Both the position numbers and the translations under genes were made by a program. 64,000 bases of DNA from an uncultured Actinomycetes bacterium. GTDB lineage: Bacteria; Actinomycetota; Thermoleophilia; RBG-16-64-13. The notes beneath the pieces were generated by a model. The model was not told where the DNA came from, did no database searches, and saw only the letters and a list, made by a program, of their open reading frames with translations. The stretch is from positions 383,395 through 447,394 of the forward strand of contig CAWJDT010000004.1 in the NCBI GenBank assembly GCA_963841735.1. Direction: 5' to 3'. Positions 61,111 to 64,000 of this stretch are shown here, piece by piece. Each line of letters begins with the position of its first letter. Within the stretch, counting starts at the first letter, position 1.

Positions 61111-64000
61111 CTGCCACTCCGACCTATCGCTTGTTGCGCGATCCACTTGTAGTCTAGGCCATACCAAGGCTCACCCGTGGAAGGATTCCCGTAGAAGTGG
61201 ATCTGGCCCGGTCCAGAAGGACCTTCGAAATCGTATGCGTACTTGCCAAACCCTCCGGGGATACTTAGGTTTGTCTCAAACTTCGATGGTGGCATGAACA
61301 TTCTCGAGTCGCTCAGCGCTTGGCCGGTCAACGTCCCGTCAGCATTGAACGCTTCTTCGGTGGCAAGTTGCGCACGAAGCTTCGCGCCACTTGCCGCGTC
61401 TGCCATGCCCTCCGAGATAACCGCATCCGCCGCCCCCGCCCGCGCCGCGGCCACACCGCCGGCCACCAGGCCGGCCACGGCCACTGCCGTGCTGCCGCAA
61501 TTCTTTTCACTCCAGAGCCCTGCGCCCTTTGAATATAGCCAATCCACTGGGTTATGGGTCGACTCGTACTTGTCGGCATAGTACGCGCTCGACTCGGTGG
61601 CCCATTGAACGGTCTTCTTTAGTCCAGGGGTGTGTGTGATGGCCTGCGTCGCACCCATGGTCAGTCCCTTCATGACGAGATTGCCGGCGAACTGGGCGGG
61701 AATCATCCATGGGTTCATAGCGTAGTTGACGTACTTGTGGGCTTTCCAGGCCACGCTCGCGGCCTTTTTGACGCCGTTCCACAGTGAGCCCCAAGAGAAG
61801 TACCCCGTCGGATCCACATTCCCCACCGGGTTCCCCAAACAGTACTGATAAGCACTCTGCTCCCCGTCGTTGCGAGAAAGGTCCTTGGAGAGGAACTGCC
61901 GGGTGGCGGGGTCGTAGTGGCGAGAAGACAGGTAATACATCCCGCTCTCGGAGTCAAAGCAGTAGGTGGCGTAGCGCAGAGGCTGACGGGTGGCGATGGC
62001 ATCGGCCAGAGCCTGGGTGACTGAGAGTGGTCGGTTGCGTCCAGACCCCGGTGCCGAGGTTGCCTGCGCCCAAGGGGTTGCCCCAGGCATCGTAGCGGTA
62101 GGCGGCAAAGGGGTTGCCGTTGGCGTCCAGGAGCTCCACCACGTCGCCGCGGTCGGAGACCACCATGCCGAAGAAGACCGGTATGGCGCTGGTGGCGGGG
62201 TTGCGGTAGACGCCGCCGTAGGGCCGGCCGTACTCATCGTAGAGGTAGGTGATCTTCCAGGAGTCCCCGGCCTTGCTGGCCGACGAGAGAGGTGGCCGGG
62301 TTCCGTTAGACAGCCAAAGCGGTTTCTTAGGTGATGACCTGATCGTCAGGCTGCCTGTTCTTGACGACGTAGTGTAGACCAGTAAACGTCATCAGGCGTC
62401 CGGTCTTCGAGGCCCTGGTGGCGCCGTCTTGTGTTGTAGAACTCGAAGTAGGCCGCCAGCTCTCGGCGGGCCTCGGGAATGCTCTCGTATCCCTTCAGGT
62501 ACACCTCCTCGTATTTGACGCTTCTCCACAGCCGTTCGATAAAGACGTTATCTAGCCAGCGGCCCCGGCCGTCCATGCTGATGGCTACCCCGTGAGAGCT
62601 AAGAAGGCTCGTGAAGGCCTCCGAGGTGAACTGCGATCCTTGATCTGAGTTGAAGATTTCCGGGGCCTCGTAGTGATCCAGGGCTTCTTCGAGGGCCTCG
62701 ACGCAGAACGAGGCATCAAGGGTGTTGGAGACCCGGAAGGCCAGTACCCGCCTACTGGCCCAGTCCATGACCGCCGTGAGATAGCAGAAGCCTCGGGCCA
62801 TGGGCAGGTAGGTGATGTCCGCCGCCCATACCTCACCCGCCCGGGTGATGGTTCGATTCCTAAGAAGATACGGGTAGATCTTGTGACCGGGGGCCGGCAG
62901 CGAAAGCCGGCGCTTGGGGTAGATGGCCATCATGCCCATCCGGCGCATGAGCGTGGAGGTGTGCTCGCGCCCCACGGCAAAGCCCTGGTCACACAGTTCC
63001 CCTTGCAACCTTCTGGATCCGTAGAAGGGGAGCTTCATGTGGACGGCATCCATGGCGGCCATGAGCACGAGATCGGTGTCACTTACCGGGGCCGGCTGGT
63101 AGTAGAGGCTGGAGCGAGAGAGATCCACGAGGTGTGCCTGGCGCGTGAGGGACAAGGGATGTTCCTTGTCGGTCATCGCTTTGCGCTCGGGCCGTGCACG
63201 CGACCGAGCGCACCGGACAAAAAATCATTCTCCATGGCCAGCTGGCCGATCTTGGCGTGCAGTTCGGCGATACTGGGTCCGCTCTCCTTGGCCTGCTCGT
63301 CATCTCCGAATACTGCCGCGGCGCCGTCTAGGAGCTGGCGCTTCCATCTGGTGATCTGGTTGGGATGCACGTCAAAGCGCTCGGCGATCTCGATGACGGA
63401 CTGTTCGCCCTTGATGGCTTCCAGAGCCACCTTGGCCTTAAAGGCCGGCGAGTGGTTGCGTCGTGGTCTTCTCGGCATTGTTGGTACTCCTCCTTGGGGT
63501 TCTGCCTGAAGCAGTATCACCTAAGAGGCTGTCCAATTTCACCCGGCCACTTCTGAGGTGAAACCGTCAGCGTCTACTATCTTGAGCTTCCAGCCCAGAG
63601 TGTTGTAGGTGAAGTGGGAGGTGCTCACCGAAGTGTTATCCGCATCGGGCCCGGCCGTGAGGCACCGTCCCAAGAGATCGTAGGTGAAATCGGTCACAAA
63701 ACCGTTGCCGTTGGTGGAAGACTCGCAGCGACCTCCCTCGTCATAGCTGGCGCTGGTGGTGGCGTTGTTGGAGTTGAGGGTGGCGATCACATTCCCGGCC
63801 GCATCATAGGTGGACTGGGCCCAGGTGCCGTCCGGGTTGGTCTGCCGAAGCAGGCGGTTGTCGTCGGTGTAGGTGTAGGTGGTGAACGGCCTCGCCGGGG
63901 CCGGCGCTTCTTTGTTTGCGCCCCAGAGCATCGTAAGCCGGGTTGTTGCTCGCGTCTAGGACCCGGGCGGCGTTGGTAAGGCTGTAGGAGCCGCTGCAGG
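61107..64000 (-). CDS. Rhs/YD-repeat polymorphic toxin, IS-interrupted, 5' part outside window
   Basis: YD repeats, YRYDAWG, MYYLSSRHYDP, YCLGNPVGNVDPTG core end, variable C-terminus. Confidence 0.88.
62346..63176 (-). CDS. IS3 transposase OrfB (DDE)
   Basis: WAADITY, NSDQGSQFTS, DN.FIERLWRSVKYE. Confidence 0.95.
   Translation of the reverse strand: MTDKEHPLSLTRQAHLVDLSRSSLYYQPAPVSDTDLVLMAAMDAVHMKLPFYGSRRLQGELCDQGFAVGREHTSTLMRRMGMMAIYPKRRLSLPAPGHKIYPYLLRNRTITRAGEVWAADITYLPMARGFCYLTAVMDWASRRVLAFRVSNTLDASFCVEALEEALDHYEAPEIFNSDQGSQFTSEAFTSLLSSHGVAISMDGRGRWLDNVFIERLWRSVKYEEVYLKGYESIPEARRELAAYFEFYNTRRRHQGLEDRTPDDVYWSTLRRQEQAA
63173..63478 (-). CDS. IS3 transposase OrfA
   Basis: RRNHSPAFKAKVALEA HTH; T6 slippery run near the end; ATGA overlap with orfB. 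Confidence 0.92.
   Translation of the reverse strand: MPRRPRRNHSPAFKAKVALEAIKGEQSVIEIAERFDVHPNQITRWKRQLLDGAAAVFGDDEQAKESGPSIAELHAKIGQLAMENDFLSGALGRVHGPSAKR

Larger units (their letters stand above)
62288..63554 (-). mobile_element. IS3-family insertion sequence, 1267 bp
   Basis: IRs AGAGGTGGCCGGGT..TTAGACAGCC / AGAAGTGGCCGGGT..TTGGACAGCC; 3-bp direct repeat GAG. Confidence 0.9.

Overview
GC-rich bacterial chromosomal window, probably from an anaerobic deep-branching actinobacterium such as Thermoleophilia (inference from leaderless TANNNT starts, hcp and transcarboxylase genes, and a Bacillota-type clpC-sigH gene block). Many genes, including cysS and clpC, carry 1-nt frameshifts that look like long-read indel errors. 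1-35 kb is mixed metabolism: hcp, hisG, dapB, an ICL-family lyase with a decarboxylating dehydrogenase, an operon of LbH-only GlmU-like protein, glmM and a Pol-beta-like nucleotidyltransferase, a CDF transporter, a MarR-ABC exporter, a TPR protein, a transcarboxylase-like trio, a complement C3/CD109-like thioester lipoprotein, and cfa. 35.0-44.9 kb is a ~9.9-kb element integrated in tRNA-Thr(TGT), bounded by 46-bp att repeats and arm-type repeats. It looks like a capsid-less phage satellite: integrase, AlpA/Xis, AAA helicase with an iteron-like ori, an HK97 prohead protease fused to an HExxH metallopeptidase, a cos-like site, an HNH protein and lipoprotein cargo. This element is the best candidate for an undescribed system. 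45-60 kb is the mcsA-mcsB-clpC-radA-disA-carD-yacL-ispDF-gltX-cysS-rlmB-yacP-sigH block, without ctsR and with an apparently inactive McsB. 60-64 kb is an Rhs toxin-immunity locus interrupted by an IS3-family element with unusual AG...CT ends. All calls come from reading motifs by eye; no searches were run.
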